This document shows, in pieces, positions 1-11,109 of a stretch of DNA of 64,000 nucleotides (position 1 is its first letter; every line of letters begins with the position of its first letter). The notes under the pieces were generated by a model. That model saw nothing but the letters and a program-made list of their open reading frames with translations. It was not told where the DNA came from and did not search any database. Where the stretch lies: contig CAVPSB010000031.1 of NCBI GenBank assembly GCA_963708025.1, positions 160,001-224,000 on the forward strand, given 5' to 3'. The translations under genes and the position numbers were made by a program. The DNA comes from an uncultured Candidatus Rokubacteria bacterium. Its GTDB lineage: Bacteria > Methylomirabilota > Methylomirabilia > Rokubacteriales > DASRDR01.

Positions 1-583
1 GCTCCCGCGTGGTGGGGAGGGTCTCCTCGGCCGGGTTCCGGTAGAGGAGGGAGTACTCGCTCTGCACGGCGCTCAGCGGGTGAACGGCGTGCGCCCGCCG
101 GATGGTGGCGGGCGCGGCCTCCGAGAGCCCCAGGTACCGCACCTTGCCCTGCTCGACCAGGCGCGCCATCGCGCCGACCGTCTCCTCGATCGGCACCTTG
201 GGATCGACCCGGTGCTGGAAGTAGAGGTCGATCACCTCGACCCCGAGGCGCTTCAGGCTCGCGTCGCAGGCCTGACCCACGTACTCGGGCCGGCCGTTGA
301 CGAGGTTGCCCTTGCCGTCGGGGCTCCGCACCTGGCCGAACTTGGTGGCCAGGACCGCCCGGTCCCGCCGGCCCTTCAGCGCCCGGCCGAGCAGCTCCTC
401 GTTGTGGCCCCAGCCGTACATGTCGGAGCTGTCCAGGAAGTTGACGCCGCGATCGAGGGCCTCGTGGACCACGGCGATCGACTCGGCGTCGTCGCCCGGG
501 CCGTAGACGCCGGACATCGACATGCAGCCCAGGCCGATGGCCGAGACGTCGAGCGAGCTGTTCCCCAGCTTTCGGTAGCGCAT
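1..583 (-). CDS. Aldo/keto reductase (3' end runs off window)
   Basis: Own translation from ATG 583: [28 protein letters not shown]...[18 protein letters not shown]...LATKFG...[10 protein letters not shown]...[19 protein letters not shown] upstream. Confidence 0.92.
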   Translation of the reverse strand, partial: MRYRKLGNSSLDVSAIGLGCMSMSGVYGPGDDAESIAVVHEALDRGVNFLDSSDMYGWGHNEELLGRALKGRRDRAVLATKFGQVRSPDGKGNLVNGRPEYVGQACDASLKRLGVEVIDLYFQHRVDPKVPIEETVGAMARLVEQGKVRYLGLSEAAPATIRRAHAVHPLSAVQSEYSLLYRNPAEETLPTTRE

Positions 584-656
584 CGGGCTCTCCTTGCTCG
601 TGGGATGAGGGGTGACCAGGCGCTATTGTAATCCCGTTGGAGTCCCGGAATGGGGG

Positions 657-1745
657 TCAGTCGGCGCGGAGCGGCTCCAGCCCCTTCCAGTCCAGCTCGA
701 CGCCGTGGCCGGGCCGGTCGGGGGCCACCGCCACGCCGTCCCGGATCGCCAGCGGCTCCGCCATGAAGCGCTCGAGCCCGAAGCCATGGACCTCGAGGTA
801 GGAGGCGTTGGGCACCGCGGCCAGGAGGTGCACGTGAAGGTCGTGCACGCCGTGGGAGGTGACGGGGAGGTTGCGGGCCTCCGCGAGGTGCGCGACTTTC
901 AGCCAGACCGTGACGCCGCCGCAGTTGGACACGTCGGGCTCGGGGAACGACACCCCGCCGGCGTCGATCAGCCGCTCGAATTCGGCGAGGGTGTGGAGGT
1001 TCTCGCCGGCCGCGATCGGCAGCGCGCCGTCGCGCAGGATCCGGACGTGGCCCGTGACGTCGTCCGGGAGCGTCGGCTCCTCCAGCCAGTACACGTCGTG
1101 GGCGGCCAGGGCCCGGGAGGCGCGGATCGCCTCGTCGGCGCTCCAGCGCATGTTGGCGTCCACCATGAGCGGGGTGCCCGGCCCCAGGAGCTGGCGCATG
1201 GCCGCCACCCGCTCGAGGTCCTCGCCCAGCCGCGGCCGGCCCACCTTCATCTTGATGGCGCGGAAGCCGCGCTGGAGGTTCCCCTCGGTCTGGCGCAGGA
1301 GCCGCTCCAGCGGGAACTGGAGGTCGATCCCGCCCGCGTACGCCGGCACCCGCGGCTCGTGGCCTCCGAGGAGCCGCCAGAGCGGCAGGCCGTGGCGGCG
1401 CGCCCGCAGATCCCAGAGCGCGGTGTCGATCGCCGAGACGGCGAAGCTGGCCGGTCCGCCCCGCCCCACGTAGTGGAGCCGCCACCACATCCGCTGCCAG
1501 AGAGCCTCGATCCGCGTCTCGTCGGCGCCGGCCAGGAGCGGCGCCAGGTCCCGCGCGATCAACGCGCGGATCGCCGCGCCGCCGGCGCCTACCGTGTAGG
1601 TGTAGCCGAGCCCCTCGGCGCCGTCGTCGGCCCGGAGGCGCGCGGTGATCAGCTCGAAGTGGCTGATGTCGCCGTGGGTCGAATCCGACAGGACCGCTGG
1701 CAACGGGATCCGGTAGTGCCCGACCTCGATCGCGCCGATCGCCAT
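657..1745 (-). CDS. Mandelate racemase/muconate lactonizing enzyme family (enolase superfamily)
   Basis: SAIDTALWDL, KMKVG, MVDAN, WLEEP, AGEN motifs. Confidence 0.92.
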   Translation of the reverse strand: MAIGAIEVGHYRIPLPAVLSDSTHGDISHFELITARLRADDGAEGLGYTYTVGAGGAAIRALIARDLAPLLAGADETRIEALWQRMWWRLHYVGRGGPASFAVSAIDTALWDLRARRHGLPLWRLLGGHEPRVPAYAGGIDLQFPLERLLRQTEGNLQRGFRAIKMKVGRPRLGEDLERVAAMRQLLGPGTPLMVDANMRWSADEAIRASRALAAHDVYWLEEPTLPDDVTGHVRILRDGALPIAAGENLHTLAEFERLIDAGGVSFPEPDVSNCGGVTVWLKVAHLAEARNLPVTSHGVHDLHVHLLAAVPNASYLEVHGFGLERFMAEPLAIRDGVAVAPDRPGHGVELDWKGLEPLRAD

Positions 1746-1997
1746 GAGTCTCCTCGGGAAACGGTCGGAACATGGAGCGGCGGTGCCACTCGCCGGACCT
1801 TATCGGCTCCGCGGGGGGAAAGTCAACGGGGGATCAACGGGGGATCCTGGCCGATGGCTGACCACTTGTCCGGAGGGCCGGCCATCGTCTATTCTCATGC
1901 TTCCGGCACTCGGACTGGCGCCCGGGGGCCTGGATGCGGTGCTCCTGACTTACCCCGGGTAGTGAGCCCTGCGCATCGCGGAGAGGGAGTAGGGCTT

Positions 1998-2798
1998 GTG
2001 ACGATCGCCTGGGTCGGCCTCGCGTGGCGGGCGTTGCGGACGGGTCTGGCCTTCCTCATCTTCGGCGCCGGCGCACTGGTCCTGGCGTTCGGGGTCTTCC
2101 CGCTCGTGCGCCTGCTCCCCGGCGCCCCCGATCGCCGGCAGCTGAGCGCCCAGTACCTCGTTCACCTGACGTTCCGGGTCTTCGTCGCGATCATGCGGGC
2201 GCTTGGCCTGATCCGGGTGTCCGGGGTCGGAACAGAGCGGCTGGGCGCCCCGGGGGCGCGCCTCGTGGTCGCCAACCACCCGACGCTGATCGACGTCGTG
2301 CTCTTGATCGCCTGCATGCCCCAGGCGGACTGCGTGGTGAAGCAGGCCTACTGGCAGAGCCGGATCATGCGCCGCGTGGTCGCGGCCGCCGGGTACATCC
2401 CGAACGTTGACGGCGAGGACCTGGTGCGCGCGTGCGTCACCCGACTCGCTGCCGGCCGCGCGCTGCTCCTTTTTCCCGAAGGCACCCGTTCCCCCCGGAA
2501 CGGGCTGGGGCCGTTCCGCCGGGGGGTGGCCCACGTCGCGCTCCGGAGCGGGTGTGACCCGATCCCGGTGGTGATCACCTGCGATCCGCCCACGCTCATG
2601 AAGGGAACGAAGTGGTACGACGTGCCCGATCGGACGGCCGTCCTGCGCGTCGAGGTCGGCCCCCCCATCGCGGTCCGGGACGTGGCCGGCGATATTGGGG
2701 ACGAGCCGCTCGCCGCCCGGCGGATGACGGCGGCGCTCCTGGCGTTCTACGAGGACCAGCTGGGGGGAGGAGGGCGGGTCAGCCGTGCACACGCCTGA
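1998..2798 (+). CDS. PlsC-like lysophospholipid acyltransferase (ApeD-like)
   Basis: VANHPTLID (HxxxxD) and LFPEGTRS motifs in the 3' part of ORF 612..2798; GTG 1998 after GGGAG. Confidence 0.88.
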   Translation: MTIAWVGLAWRALRTGLAFLIFGAGALVLAFGVFPLVRLLPGAPDRRQLSAQYLVHLTFRVFVAIMRALGLIRVSGVGTERLGAPGARLVVANHPTLIDVVLLIACMPQADCVVKQAYWQSRIMRRVVAAAGYIPNVDGEDLVRACVTRLAAGRALLLFPEGTRSPRNGLGPFRRGVAHVALRSGCDPIPVVITCDPPTLMKGTKWYDVPDRTAVLRVEVGPPIAVRDVAGDIGDEPLAARRMTAALLAFYEDQLGGGGRVSRAHA

Positions 2799-3054
2799 GG
2801 GCCTGGAGACGGAGATCAAGCGGCTGATCATCGACGTGCTCGACCTCGAGGACATCACGCCCGACGACATCGATGCCGCCGCGCCGCTCTTCCACGAAGG
2901 GCTCGGCCTCGACTCGATCGATTCGCTCGACCTCGCCCTGGCCGTGGAGCAGCGGTACGGCGTGCACGGCAGCGACGATCCGGAAGAGAACGCCCGGCGC
3001 TTCGCCTCCGTTCGGAGCCTGGCCGCGCTGGTCGCGGCCAGCCGGACCCCATGA
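2785..3054 (+). CDS. Acyl carrier protein 1 (ApeE-like)
   Basis: Small acidic protein with GLGLDSIDSLDL phosphopantetheine site. Confidence 0.9.
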   Translation: MHTPEGLETEIKRLIIDVLDLEDITPDDIDAAAPLFHEGLGLDSIDSLDLALAVEQRYGVHGSDDPEENARRFASVRSLAALVAASRTP

Positions 3055-3064
3055 GTCGGACGTG

Positions 3065-3334
3065 ATGGGGACGGGGACACCAGTCTCCAGGGAGGAGATC
3101 TTCCGGAAGCTCCGCGACGTGCTGACCAGTCGCTTCGAGCTCGACCCGGATCGGATCGTCCCCACGGCCCACCTGGTCGAGGATCTCGACCTGGACAGCA
3201 TCGACTGGATCGACCTGGCCGTGCAGCTCGAGCAGGATACCGGCCACAAGCTGGCGGAGTCGGAGCTGACCGCGATGCGAACCGTCCAGGATGTCGTCGA
3301 GGTGTTGCACCGCAAGCTCTCGGGCTCCGCTTGA
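3065..3334 (+). CDS. Acyl carrier protein 2 (ApeF-like)
   Basis: EDLDLDSIDWIDLAV and RTVQDVV in the 3' half of ORF 2873..3334. Confidence 0.9.
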   Translation: MGTGTPVSREEIFRKLRDVLTSRFELDPDRIVPTAHLVEDLDLDSIDWIDLAVQLEQDTGHKLAESELTAMRTVQDVVEVLHRKLSGSA

Positions 3335-3942
3335 AGGTCCTGGTTGTCCTCCTCGGCCTCGGATATCCCTTCCTGGTGTATCTGGGGCTGTCGGTCCTGG
3401 GGCCGCGGACCCTCGCCCTGGTGCTGGGCGGCGTGCTGGCGCTGCGTCTGGCGTTCACCTGGCGCCGGGCGGGGCGGCGGGACCTGGTGAGCCTGGGGTT
3501 CCTGGCCGGGCTGATCGGGGCCGTCCTGGGGCTGGCGGCCGTGTTCAACGAGCAGCGGTTCCTGCTGTTCGCGCCGGTGGCGGTCAACCTCGCGCTGCTG
3601 GTGGCCTTCGCCCGCACCCTGCCCGACGGGCCGTCGATGGTCGAGACGTTCGCCCGCCTCCAGGGCCACACGCTGTCCGAGGCGAAGGTCCGCTACTGCC
3701 GCCACGTCACGGAAGCCTGGTGCGCGTTCTTCGTCGCCAACGCGGCCGTGATCGCCTGGCTGGCGCTGACCGCCCGCGTCGTCGCGTGGACCGTCTACGC
3801 CGGGGTGATCGCTTACGGGCTCGTCGGCATCGGCTTCGTCGTCGAGCGCGGCTACCGGGCCTGGCGCTTCCGCGACTACCGGGACGGCGTCGGTGACGCC
3901 ATCATGCAGCGGATCTTCCCGCCCCGCGAGGTCCCGCCGTGA
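3331..3942 (+). CDS. COG4648-type membrane protein (ApeG-like)
   Basis: Hydrophobic; GPSMVETFAR, YCRHVTEAWCAFF, WTVYAGVIAY; lies between ACPs and acyl-AMP ligase. Confidence 0.8.
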   Translation: MKVLVVLLGLGYPFLVYLGLSVLGPRTLALVLGGVLALRLAFTWRRAGRRDLVSLGFLAGLIGAVLGLAAVFNEQRFLLFAPVAVNLALLVAFARTLPDGPSMVETFARLQGHTLSEAKVRYCRHVTEAWCAFFVANAAVIAWLALTARVVAWTVYAGVIAYGLVGIGFVVERGYRAWRFRDYRDGVGDAIMQRIFPPREVPP

Positions 3943-5798
3943 GCGAGTTCCTGCGGCTCTCGCGGGTCACGGCCGCGTCGCGGCCCCCGGAGCTCGCGGT
4001 GGCGGTGCGGGGGGGCCGCCCGCTTCCCTGGTCCACGCTGGTGGCCGACGTGGGGAGGCTCGCGACCGCACTGGAGGCCCGGGGCGGCGGCGCCTGGCTC
4101 CTGTTCGCCGAGGACTGCTACGCCTTCACGGTCGGCCTGCTGGCGATCTGGCAGGCGGGAGGGACGGCCGTGGTTCCGCCGAACGACCAGCCGGGAACGG
4201 TCGCCAGCCTGGGGGAGGGACTCCAGGGCCTCGTGGGCGATCGGTCGCTCGCGGCGCCGGGGCTGCCGGCGCTCGACCCGCTCGCGGCCGGCGACGTGCC
4301 CGCGTGGGAGTGGCGTCCGCTCGCCGAGGACGTCCCGCGGCTCTTGCTCTGCACCTCGGGGACGACCGGCGCCCGCAAGGCGATTCCGAAGACGCTGGCG
4401 CACCTGGCCGACGAGGTCGAGGGGCTCGAGGAGCGCTGGGGCGCGCGGCTCGCCGGGCGGCCCGTGTTCGCGACGGTGTCCCACCACCACATCTACGGCC
4501 TGCTCTTCCGACTCCTCTGGCCGCTGTGCGCGGGGCGGCCCTTCGTGTCGGAGGTCTATTCCCACGCCGATGAGCTCGTGCCGCGCTTGCGGGCGGCCGG
4601 CCGCGCCACGCTGGTGAGCGCCCCCGTTCACCTCCGGCGCCTCCGGCAATCGCGGGACTTCCGGGCGCTCGGCAATGCCTGCCAGCCAGTGTTCTCGTCG
4701 GGGGGGCCGCTCGACGAGGAGACCGCTGACGCCCTGCTGGACGCCCTGGGCGAGGCCCCCATCGAGGTGTTCGGCTCGACCGAGACGGGGGGTGTCGCCT
4801 GGCGGCAGCAGTCGCGAGACCCCTCCCGGCTGGCCTGGACTCCGTTTCCCCGGGTCGAGGTGAGCGCGGAGCCCGACGAGAGCCGGCTGGTGGTGCGGTC
4901 GCCGTTCGTGAGCCTGGAGGCGCCGGCCATTCACTTCATCATGAGTGACCGGGCCGACGCCTGGCCGGACGGTCGCTTCCTGCTGCTCGGCCGTGGCGAC
5001 CGCATCGTCAAGGTCGGCGAGGCGCGGGTCTCGCTTCTCGAGATGGAGGCGCGACTCCGCGAGCACCCCTGGGTGGCCGATGCGGGGCTGACACTGCTGC
5101 ACCGCGGACCCGAGGCCCGGATCGCGGCGGTCGCCGTGCTGACCCCGGGCGGTCGCGAGGCCCTGGCGCGGGAAGGGCGGGGCCCCGTCGGGACCATGCT
5201 CCGACACCATCTCGGGCTGCACTGGAGCGCCGCGCTGCTGCCGCGCGTCTGGCGGTACGTCGATCGACTCCCCGAGGACGCGCAGGGCAAGGTCTCGACC
5301 GCGGCGCTCCGCGCGCTCGTGTCGCCCATGGACGACCGGTCCGTGGTCTCGGCGGAGCTGATCGAGGAGCGGCGCGATGACCGGGTCTGCGAGCGCGCCC
5401 TGCGGGTGCCGCTCGACCTCGCCACGCTGGAGGGGCACTTCCCCGGGTTCCCGGTCGTGCCCGGCGTGGTCCAGGTCCAGTGGGCGCTGGAGGCAGCCCG
5501 CGCGCTGGCCGGCCTCGACCTCCAACTCGCCGCGTTCGACGTGCTCCGGTTCAAGAGCCTGCTGCGGCCCGGCCAGACCTTCCGCCTGCGGGTGGAGCTG
5601 TCTGAGAGCGGCGAGGCGCTGAGATCTTCGGGACCTCCCTCCCACCCCCCCGGCCCCCCTCCCCCACCCACTGGGGGGAGGGGGGAGGTGGAGGCCCCGA
5701 TTCATTCACACGTCTTGACCTTCCGCCTGTGGAACGGGATCACGGTATTCTCGTCCGGCCGGGCGCGGGTCGCCCGGCCGAAGGCGCCCGCGTGGTGA
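3939..5798 (+). CDS. Acyl-AMP ligase fused to hot-dog dehydratase (ApeH+ApeI-like)
   Basis: CTSGTTGARK, HHIYGLLF, FGSTETGG, GRGDRIVK; C-terminal GHFPGFPVVPGVVQ; carries a 32-aa repeat-derived insert. Confidence 0.88.
   Translation: MSEFLRLSRVTAASRPPELAVAVRGGRPLPWSTLVADVGRLATALEARGGGAWLLFAEDCYAFTVGLLAIWQAGGTAVVPPNDQPGTVASLGEGLQGLVGDRSLAAPGLPALDPLAAGDVPAWEWRPLAEDVPRLLLCTSGTTGARKAIPKTLAHLADEVEGLEERWGARLAGRPVFATVSHHHIYGLLFRLLWPLCAGRPFVSEVYSHADELVPRLRAAGRATLVSAPVHLRRLRQSRDFRALGNACQPVFSSGGPLDEETADALLDALGEAPIEVFGSTETGGVAWRQQSRDPSRLAWTPFPRVEVSAEPDESRLVVRSPFVSLEAPAIHFIMSDRADAWPDGRFLLLGRGDRIVKVGEARVSLLEMEARLREHPWVADAGLTLLHRGPEARIAAVAVLTPGGREALAREGRGPVGTMLRHHLGLHWSAALLPRVWRYVDRLPEDAQGKVSTAALRALVSPMDDRSVVSAELIEERRDDRVCERALRVPLDLATLEGHFPGFPVVPGVVQVQWALEAARALAGLDLQLAAFDVLRFKSLLRPGQTFRLRVELSESGEALRSSGPPSHPPGPPPPPTGGRGEVEAPIHSHVLTFRLWNGITVFSSGRARVARPKAPAW
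5623..5718 (+). repeat. ~96-bp hairpin MITE/REP-like element, copy 1 (in frame in CDS)
   Basis: TTCGGGACCTCCCTCCCAC..CCCCCTCCCCCACCCACTGGGGGGAGGGGGGAG..ATTCATTCACACG; closely matches 39841-39927; TGA on both flanks. Confidence 0.85.
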
Positions 5799-6532
5799 AC
5801 CCCTGCCTCCTCATCCCCATCTACAACCACGGGGGGACGATCGGCGGGGTCCTCGACCGGCTGGAGCCGATGGGACTGCCGTGCCTCGTGGTCGACGACG
5901 GGAGCGACGCGCCGACCCAGGCGGTGCTGGCCGATCTCGCCCGCCGCTTCGCCTGGCTGCGACTCGATCGCCTGCCGCGGAATCGCGGGCGGGGCGCCGC
6001 GCTCCGGCACGGCTACCTCTTGGCGGCCCGGCTCCACTTCACCCACGCGGTTCAGCTGGACGCCGACGGGCAGCATGACCCCGCCGACGTGCCGCGGCTC
6101 CTGGCGGCGGCGCGCGACCGGCCCGAGGCGCTCGTCCTCGGCGTGCCGGTCTTCGAGGGCCCGGTGCCCGCGAGCCGCCGGTACGGCCGCCTCCTGTCGT
6201 GCTTCTGGGTGTGGATCGAGACGCTCTCCCTGGACGTCCGCGATCCCCTCTGCGGCTTCCGCTGCCTGCCGCTGGCCCCGACCGTCGCGCTGCTGGCCCG
6301 GACGCCGCTCGGCGACCGGATGGAGTTCGATCCGGAGATCGTGGTCCGGCTGATGTGGGCCGCCGTCCCGGTGGTGAGCGTCCCCGTCCGCGTCCGCTAC
6401 TTCCCCGAGGGCGTCTCGCACTTCCGGCTGGTCCGTGACAACGCGCTGATCAGCTGGGCCCACACCCGCCTGGTGCTGGGCATGCTCCGCCGGCTGCCCG
6501 GGCGGCTCGTCGGGCACCGCGTCGCGTCATGA
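5795..6532 (+). CDS. Glycosyltransferase family 2 (ApeJ N-terminal half-like)
   Basis: LLIPIYNH, VVDDGS, QLDADGQH, DPLCGFR, MEFDPEI, GVSHF. Confidence 0.9.
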   Translation: MNPCLLIPIYNHGGTIGGVLDRLEPMGLPCLVVDDGSDAPTQAVLADLARRFAWLRLDRLPRNRGRGAALRHGYLLAARLHFTHAVQLDADGQHDPADVPRLLAAARDRPEALVLGVPVFEGPVPASRRYGRLLSCFWVWIETLSLDVRDPLCGFRCLPLAPTVALLARTPLGDRMEFDPEIVVRLMWAAVPVVSVPVRVRYFPEGVSHFRLVRDNALISWAHTRLVLGMLRRLPGRLVGHRVAS

Positions 6533-7470
6533 GCCGGCGCCGGCACTGGAGCGCGGTGGCGGAGCGCGGCTCGATCGCCGGCATGCGGCTCACCGTCTGG
6601 ATCCACCGGCGGTTCGGCCAGCGGCTCACGTCCCTGTTCGTGCTGCCCATCGTGGTCTACTTCTTCGTGACGGACGCCCGCGGACGCCGCGCGTCGCAAC
6701 GCTACCTCCAGCGGCTGGCGACGTGGGCCGGACCGGAGTCGCCGGTGCCGCGGTCGCCCCGCCTGCGACACGCCTTCCGGCACTACTGGGAGTTCGCGCT
6801 GTCGATCCTCGATCGCCTCAGCCTGTGGTCGGGCCACGGCGAGGGGTTCGACATCCGGTTCCACGGGCGCGATCACTTCTCGACGTTGATCGAGGCCAAG
6901 CGCGGCGCCATCCTGCTGGGCGCCCACCTGGGGAGCTTCGACGTCCTCCGGGCGCTGGGCGCGCAGTGTGCGGTCCGGGTGAACGTGCTCATGTCCCGGG
7001 CCCACGCCTCCCGGATCAACGCAGTACTGCGGGAGCTCCATCCTGGCGTCGACCTGCACGTGATCGAGTTCCAGCCGGGCTCGAGCGGCCCCCTGTTCGC
7101 GATGAAGGCGTGTCTGGAGCGCGGGGAGTTCGTGGCGATCCTCGCCGACCGGGTCGGCGCCGCGCCCCGGGCCCGAAGCGTCCCGGTGCGATTCCTCGGG
7201 CACCCGGCGGCGTTTCCGGCGGGACCCTTCGTCCTGGCCAGCCGGCTCGGGTGCCCGGTGCTGCTCGTGGTCGCGCTCCGCCGGGGCCCCCGGACGTACG
7301 AGGTGTTCGCGGAGCCCTTCACGGACCGCGTGGAGCGGCGGCCGGGAACGCGCACCGGCGGGCTCGACGAGGTGGTGGAGGCGTACGCGCGCCGGCTGGA
7401 AAGCTACTGCCTCCGCGCGCCGTATCAGTGGTTCAACTTCCACGACGTCTGGGACGGGGAGGGGGCATGA
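6529..7470 (+). CDS. LpxL-type acyltransferase (ApeJ C-terminal half-like)
   Basis: [33 protein letters not shown]. Confidence 0.88.
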   Translation: MSRRRHWSAVAERGSIAGMRLTVWIHRRFGQRLTSLFVLPIVVYFFVTDARGRRASQRYLQRLATWAGPESPVPRSPRLRHAFRHYWEFALSILDRLSLWSGHGEGFDIRFHGRDHFSTLIEAKRGAILLGAHLGSFDVLRALGAQCAVRVNVLMSRAHASRINAVLRELHPGVDLHVIEFQPGSSGPLFAMKACLERGEFVAILADRVGAAPRARSVPVRFLGHPAAFPAGPFVLASRLGCPVLLVVALRRGPRTYEVFAEPFTDRVERRPGTRTGGLDEVVEAYARRLESYCLRAPYQWFNFHDVWDGEGA

Positions 7471-7940
7471 CGACGGACGCGCCCGCCTTCCCCCCGATCG
7501 AGGACGTGCTGCCCCACCGGGCGCCCATGATGCTGCTCGATGCGATCGTGGCGCACGACCCCACCGGGACCGCGTGCGTCGTGCGGATCGGCGAGACGTC
7601 GCTGCTCGGCCCCCCGGGGGGCCCGGTTCCCGCCTGGGTCGGCCTCGAGTACATGGCGCAGTGCATCGCGGCTCACGCGGGACTCCTCGCCCGGGCCGAG
7701 GGACGGGGACCGGCCATCGGCTTCCTGATCGGCGCCCGGGACCTGGAATTCCACTCGGCGGGCTACGCGCCGGGCCAGGTCCTCGAGGTGTCGGCGCGGC
7801 GCCTCTGGGGCGAGGGCAGCCTGGGGGCGTTCGCGTGCGCGCTGCGCGACGCCGCCACCGGCGCCGTGCTGGCCGAGGGCACCGTGAACGCGTTCCTGCC
7901 GCGACGCCTCGACGAGCCGGCCCCGGACCCGCCGCCGTGA
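7467..7940 (+). CDS. 3-hydroxyacyl-ACP dehydratase partner (ApeP-like)
   Basis: [28 protein letters not shown]. Confidence 0.87.
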   Translation: MTTDAPAFPPIEDVLPHRAPMMLLDAIVAHDPTGTACVVRIGETSLLGPPGGPVPAWVGLEYMAQCIAAHAGLLARAEGRGPAIGFLIGARDLEFHSAGYAPGQVLEVSARRLWGEGSLGAFACALRDAATGAVLAEGTVNAFLPRRLDEPAPDPPP

Positions 7941-8662
7941 GCCGGCAAGTCCTGGTGACGGGCGCCAGCCGCGGCATCGGGCGCGCGATCGCCGTCGAGA
8001 TGGCCCGGGCCGGCTTCCAGGTCGTCATCGGCTACCACGTGAACACGACGGCGGCCGAGGAGACCGGCCGGCTCGTCGCCGTCGCCGGCCGCCCGGCCCG
8101 GGCGCTGCGCTTCGACGTCGCCCGGCGGGACGACTGCGAGGCGGTCCTGGCCGCGGACGTGGCCGAGCACGGCGCCTACTGGGGGATCGTCTGCAACGCG
8201 GGCATCCACGCGGACGCGCCGTTCCCCGCGCTCTCCGGCGACGCCTGGGACCGCGTGATCCGGACGAACCTGGACGGCTTCTACAACGTGCTGCGGCCGC
8301 TGGTGATGCCGATGGTCCGGGCCCGACAGGGCGGACGCATCGTGACCATCTCCTCGATCGCGGGACTGGTCGGCAACCGGGGCCAGGTCAACTACAGCGC
8401 GGCCAAGGCCGGCCTGATCGGCGCCACCCGGGCGCTCGCCCAGGAGCTGGCCAAGCGCCGGATCACCGTGAACAGCGTCGCGCCCGGCCTGATCGACACG
8501 GAGATGCTCGCCGGCATCCCGGTGGAGGAGGTGGTCAAGCGGATTCCCATGCGACGGCTGGGGACGCCGGAGGAGGTGGCGGCGACGGTCGCCTTTCTCT
8601 GCTCGGATGCCGCCGGGTACATCACCGGCCAGGTGATCTCGGTGAACGGCGGTCTGGCGTGA
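7937..8662 (+). CDS. fabG: 3-oxoacyl-ACP reductase (ApeQ/FabG-like)
   Basis: [21 protein letters not shown] (YxxxK), SVNGG. Confidence 0.92.
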   Translation: MSRQVLVTGASRGIGRAIAVEMARAGFQVVIGYHVNTTAAEETGRLVAVAGRPARALRFDVARRDDCEAVLAADVAEHGAYWGIVCNAGIHADAPFPALSGDAWDRVIRTNLDGFYNVLRPLVMPMVRARQGGRIVTISSIAGLVGNRGQVNYSAAKAGLIGATRALAQELAKRRITVNSVAPGLIDTEMLAGIPVEEVVKRIPMRRLGTPEEVAATVAFLCSDAAGYITGQVISVNGGLA

Positions 8663-9909
8663 CACGCCGGGTCGTGGTCACCGGGATGGGCGGCGTCTGC
8701 CCGCTCGGGGAGGGCTGGACGTCGGTGCGGGAGAAGCTGCGCGCCGGGACCTCGGGTGTCGTGTCGATGCCGGAGTGGGCCAAGTACGACGGTCTGGGGA
8801 CGCGGCTCGCGGCGGCGGTGCCGGACTTCGTGACGCCCAAGCACTACCCGCGGCAGAAGATCCGCACCATGGGGCGGGTGGCGCTCCTCGCCACCCGGGC
8901 CAGCGAGCTGGCGCTCGAGGATGCCGGCCTGCTGGGAGCGCCGGAGCTGGGCGACGGCTCGGTCGGGGTGGCGTACGGGTCGACGTCGGGCAGCCCGCCG
9001 GCGATGGAGGTTTACGCCCGCCAGGTGTGGGCGAACCACACGACCCGGGGGATCGCCGCCACCGACTACGTCCGGTTCATGAGCCACACCTGCGCGGCGA
9101 ACCTCGCGCTCTTCTTCGGGTTGCGGGGCCGGATCATCCCGACCAGCAGCGCCTGCACGTCGGGCAGCCAGGGGATCGGCTACGGGTACGAGGCCATCCG
9201 GTTCGGCCGTCAGGCGATGATGCTGACGGGAGGCGCCGAGGAGCTTCACGTCATCGACGCCGCGGTGTTCGACATCATGTACGCGACGTCGACGCGGAAC
9301 GACGAGCCGGCGCGCAGCCCGCGTCCCTTCGACGTCGGGCGCGACGGGCTGGTGGTCGGCGAGGGCGCCGGCACCCTCATCCTGGAGGACCTCGGGCACG
9401 CCCGGGCGCGGGGCGCGCGGATCCACGCGGAGGTCGTCGGCTTCGGCACGAACTGCGATGGGCGCCACATCACGAATCCGGACGCCGAGGGCATGCAGCG
9501 GGTGATGGAGCTCGCCCTGGCCGACGCCGGCGTGGAGCCGTCGGCCATCGGGTACGTCAATGCCCACGGCACCGCCACGAAGCTGGGGGACGTCGCGGAA
9601 AGCCTCGCCATGCACCGGGTCTTCGGCCCGGCGGTGCCGGTGAGCTCGCTGAAGAGCTACCTCGGTCACACGCTCGGCGCCTGCGGGGCGCTCGAGGCGT
9701 GGCTCACCATCGCGATGATGCGCGAGGGCTGGTTCGCGCCCACCATCAACCTGGAGACGGTGGACCCGCAATGCGCGCCGCTCGACTACATCCAGGGCGC
9801 GCCGCGCGCGCTGGATGTGGAGTACGTCATGAGCAACAACTTCGCGTTCGGGGGCGTCAACACCTCCCTGGTGTTTCGCCGGTGGATCGAAGGCGAGGGG
9901 GCCGCCTGA
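8659..9909 (+). CDS. Beta-ketoacyl-ACP synthase (ApeR-like)
   Basis: TSSACTSG catalytic Cys, [18 protein letters not shown]. Confidence 0.93.
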   Translation: MTRRVVVTGMGGVCPLGEGWTSVREKLRAGTSGVVSMPEWAKYDGLGTRLAAAVPDFVTPKHYPRQKIRTMGRVALLATRASELALEDAGLLGAPELGDGSVGVAYGSTSGSPPAMEVYARQVWANHTTRGIAATDYVRFMSHTCAANLALFFGLRGRIIPTSSACTSGSQGIGYGYEAIRFGRQAMMLTGGAEELHVIDAAVFDIMYATSTRNDEPARSPRPFDVGRDGLVVGEGAGTLILEDLGHARARGARIHAEVVGFGTNCDGRHITNPDAEGMQRVMELALADAGVEPSAIGYVNAHGTATKLGDVAESLAMHRVFGPAVPVSSLKSYLGHTLGACGALEAWLTIAMMREGWFAPTINLETVDPQCAPLDYIQGAPRALDVEYVMSNNFAFGGVNTSLVFRRWIEGEGAA

Positions 9910-9977
9910 TGCGGCGGGGGGTCACGAGGACCCGACAGCCCGGCTCATGACCGGGACCCGTGAACGGGAGGACCACA

Positions 9978-10384
9978 TGAGTGCGCGACTGCTGACAGCG
10001 TTCGCCTTGATCGTCTCGACGCTGACTGCCGCGGGATGTCAGACGGCACCGATCCGGAACGTCACGGGCGCTTCGCTGAGCGCGGCGCCGGGTACCACGC
10101 TCACCATGGACCAGGTTGCAAAAGCGATCGGGCGCGCCGGGCAGCGGCTCGGGTGGCAGATCGAGCAGGTCCGCCCGGGGGAATTGACCGGCACGCTGAA
10201 GCTCCGGAGTCACGTCGCCGTGGTGTCGATCACCCATGACACGTTGACCTTCAGCATCCGCTACCGTGAGAGCACGAATCTCTTGCAGAGTGGCCAGGAG
10301 ATCCACAAGCGCTACAACACCTGGGTGCGGAACCTCGAGATGGGGATTCAGCAGGAGGTGGCGATCGGCTCGGCCGCCCGCTGA
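9978..10384 (+). CDS. Putative lipoprotein
   Basis: GGAGG RBS; signal peptide ending AAG-C; C-terminal IHKRYNTWVRNL. Confidence 0.75.
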
Positions 10385-11109
10385 CCGCGGCGCCAGGTCC
10401 AGCGCCGCCGCCCCGAGCCGAGCGTGAGCCGGGACTCGGCCGACAGGAGCCAGCGGAGGAATTCGATCGCCCGGGGCCAGGGTGGCTCTCCCGGTCCCTT
10501 ACCGGCGTCGAGCCGGAGGGCGACGTCGTCGGCGTCGCCGAGGGCGCTCGTCAGCAGAAGGGCGACGGCGTAGGCGGCCGGCCGGTCATCGGCGAAAGGC
10601 GCGAAGACCGGCGGGAGCGGCTCATCCCCGACGACGAGGAGGACGGCGGGATCGGTGCCGCGCGCCAGGACGCTCTGCGCTTCGAGGAACGCGCAGGGGA
10701 AGGTGTCGTGGCCGGCGGCCATGGCGCAGGATGCCCGCCGGTTGCCGGCCGCGATGGAGAAGAGTCCGGCCTGGGTGTTGTGGACGGAGTGGCTGAAGCG
10801 GTTCGCCTTCAGCGGCTCCTGGCGCGCCAGCGCCTCGAGCAGCCCCACCGTGGCGGTCATGTCGCCGTACCGCGACGCGAACACGGTCGGCACGCGCGAG
10901 AGCTCATCCGGGGGACAGCAGTCGAACGCCACCCGGAGCATCATCCGACTCAGCCGGCCGCAGCGCCGGCGGAAGAGTGGCGGCAGGAACGCGACGTCCG
11001 GGGCGCCGTCGAGGGCCAGCAGCGCCGGCGCCCGGCACCAGGCGACCCACGCGGCCTGGTCCTCGAGGCCCGGCGCCCAAGCGGCCCACCGGCGGACGAG
11101 CGCGCTCAT
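10348..11109 (-). CDS. Ketosynthase chain-length factor (ApeC-like)
   Basis: PPLFRRR, VFASRYG, FSHSVHN, VVGDEPLP; no catalytic Cys/His set; ATGA overlap with upstream KS. Confidence 0.85.
   Translation of the reverse strand: MSALVRRWAAWAPGLEDQAAWVAWCRAPALLALDGAPDVAFLPPLFRRRCGRLSRMMLRVAFDCCPPDELSRVPTVFASRYGDMTATVGLLEALARQEPLKANRFSHSVHNTQAGLFSIAAGNRRASCAMAAGHDTFPCAFLEAQSVLARGTDPAVLLVVGDEPLPPVFAPFADDRPAAYAVALLLTSALGDADDVALRLDAGKGPGEPPWPRAIEFLRWLLSAESRLTLGSGRRRWTWRRGQRAAEPIATSC

Noticed and set aside
612-1997. N-terminal two-thirds of ORF 612..2798 as a fusion with the acyltransferase
   Set aside because: It is the antisense shadow of the enolase-family gene; the real start is near 1998.
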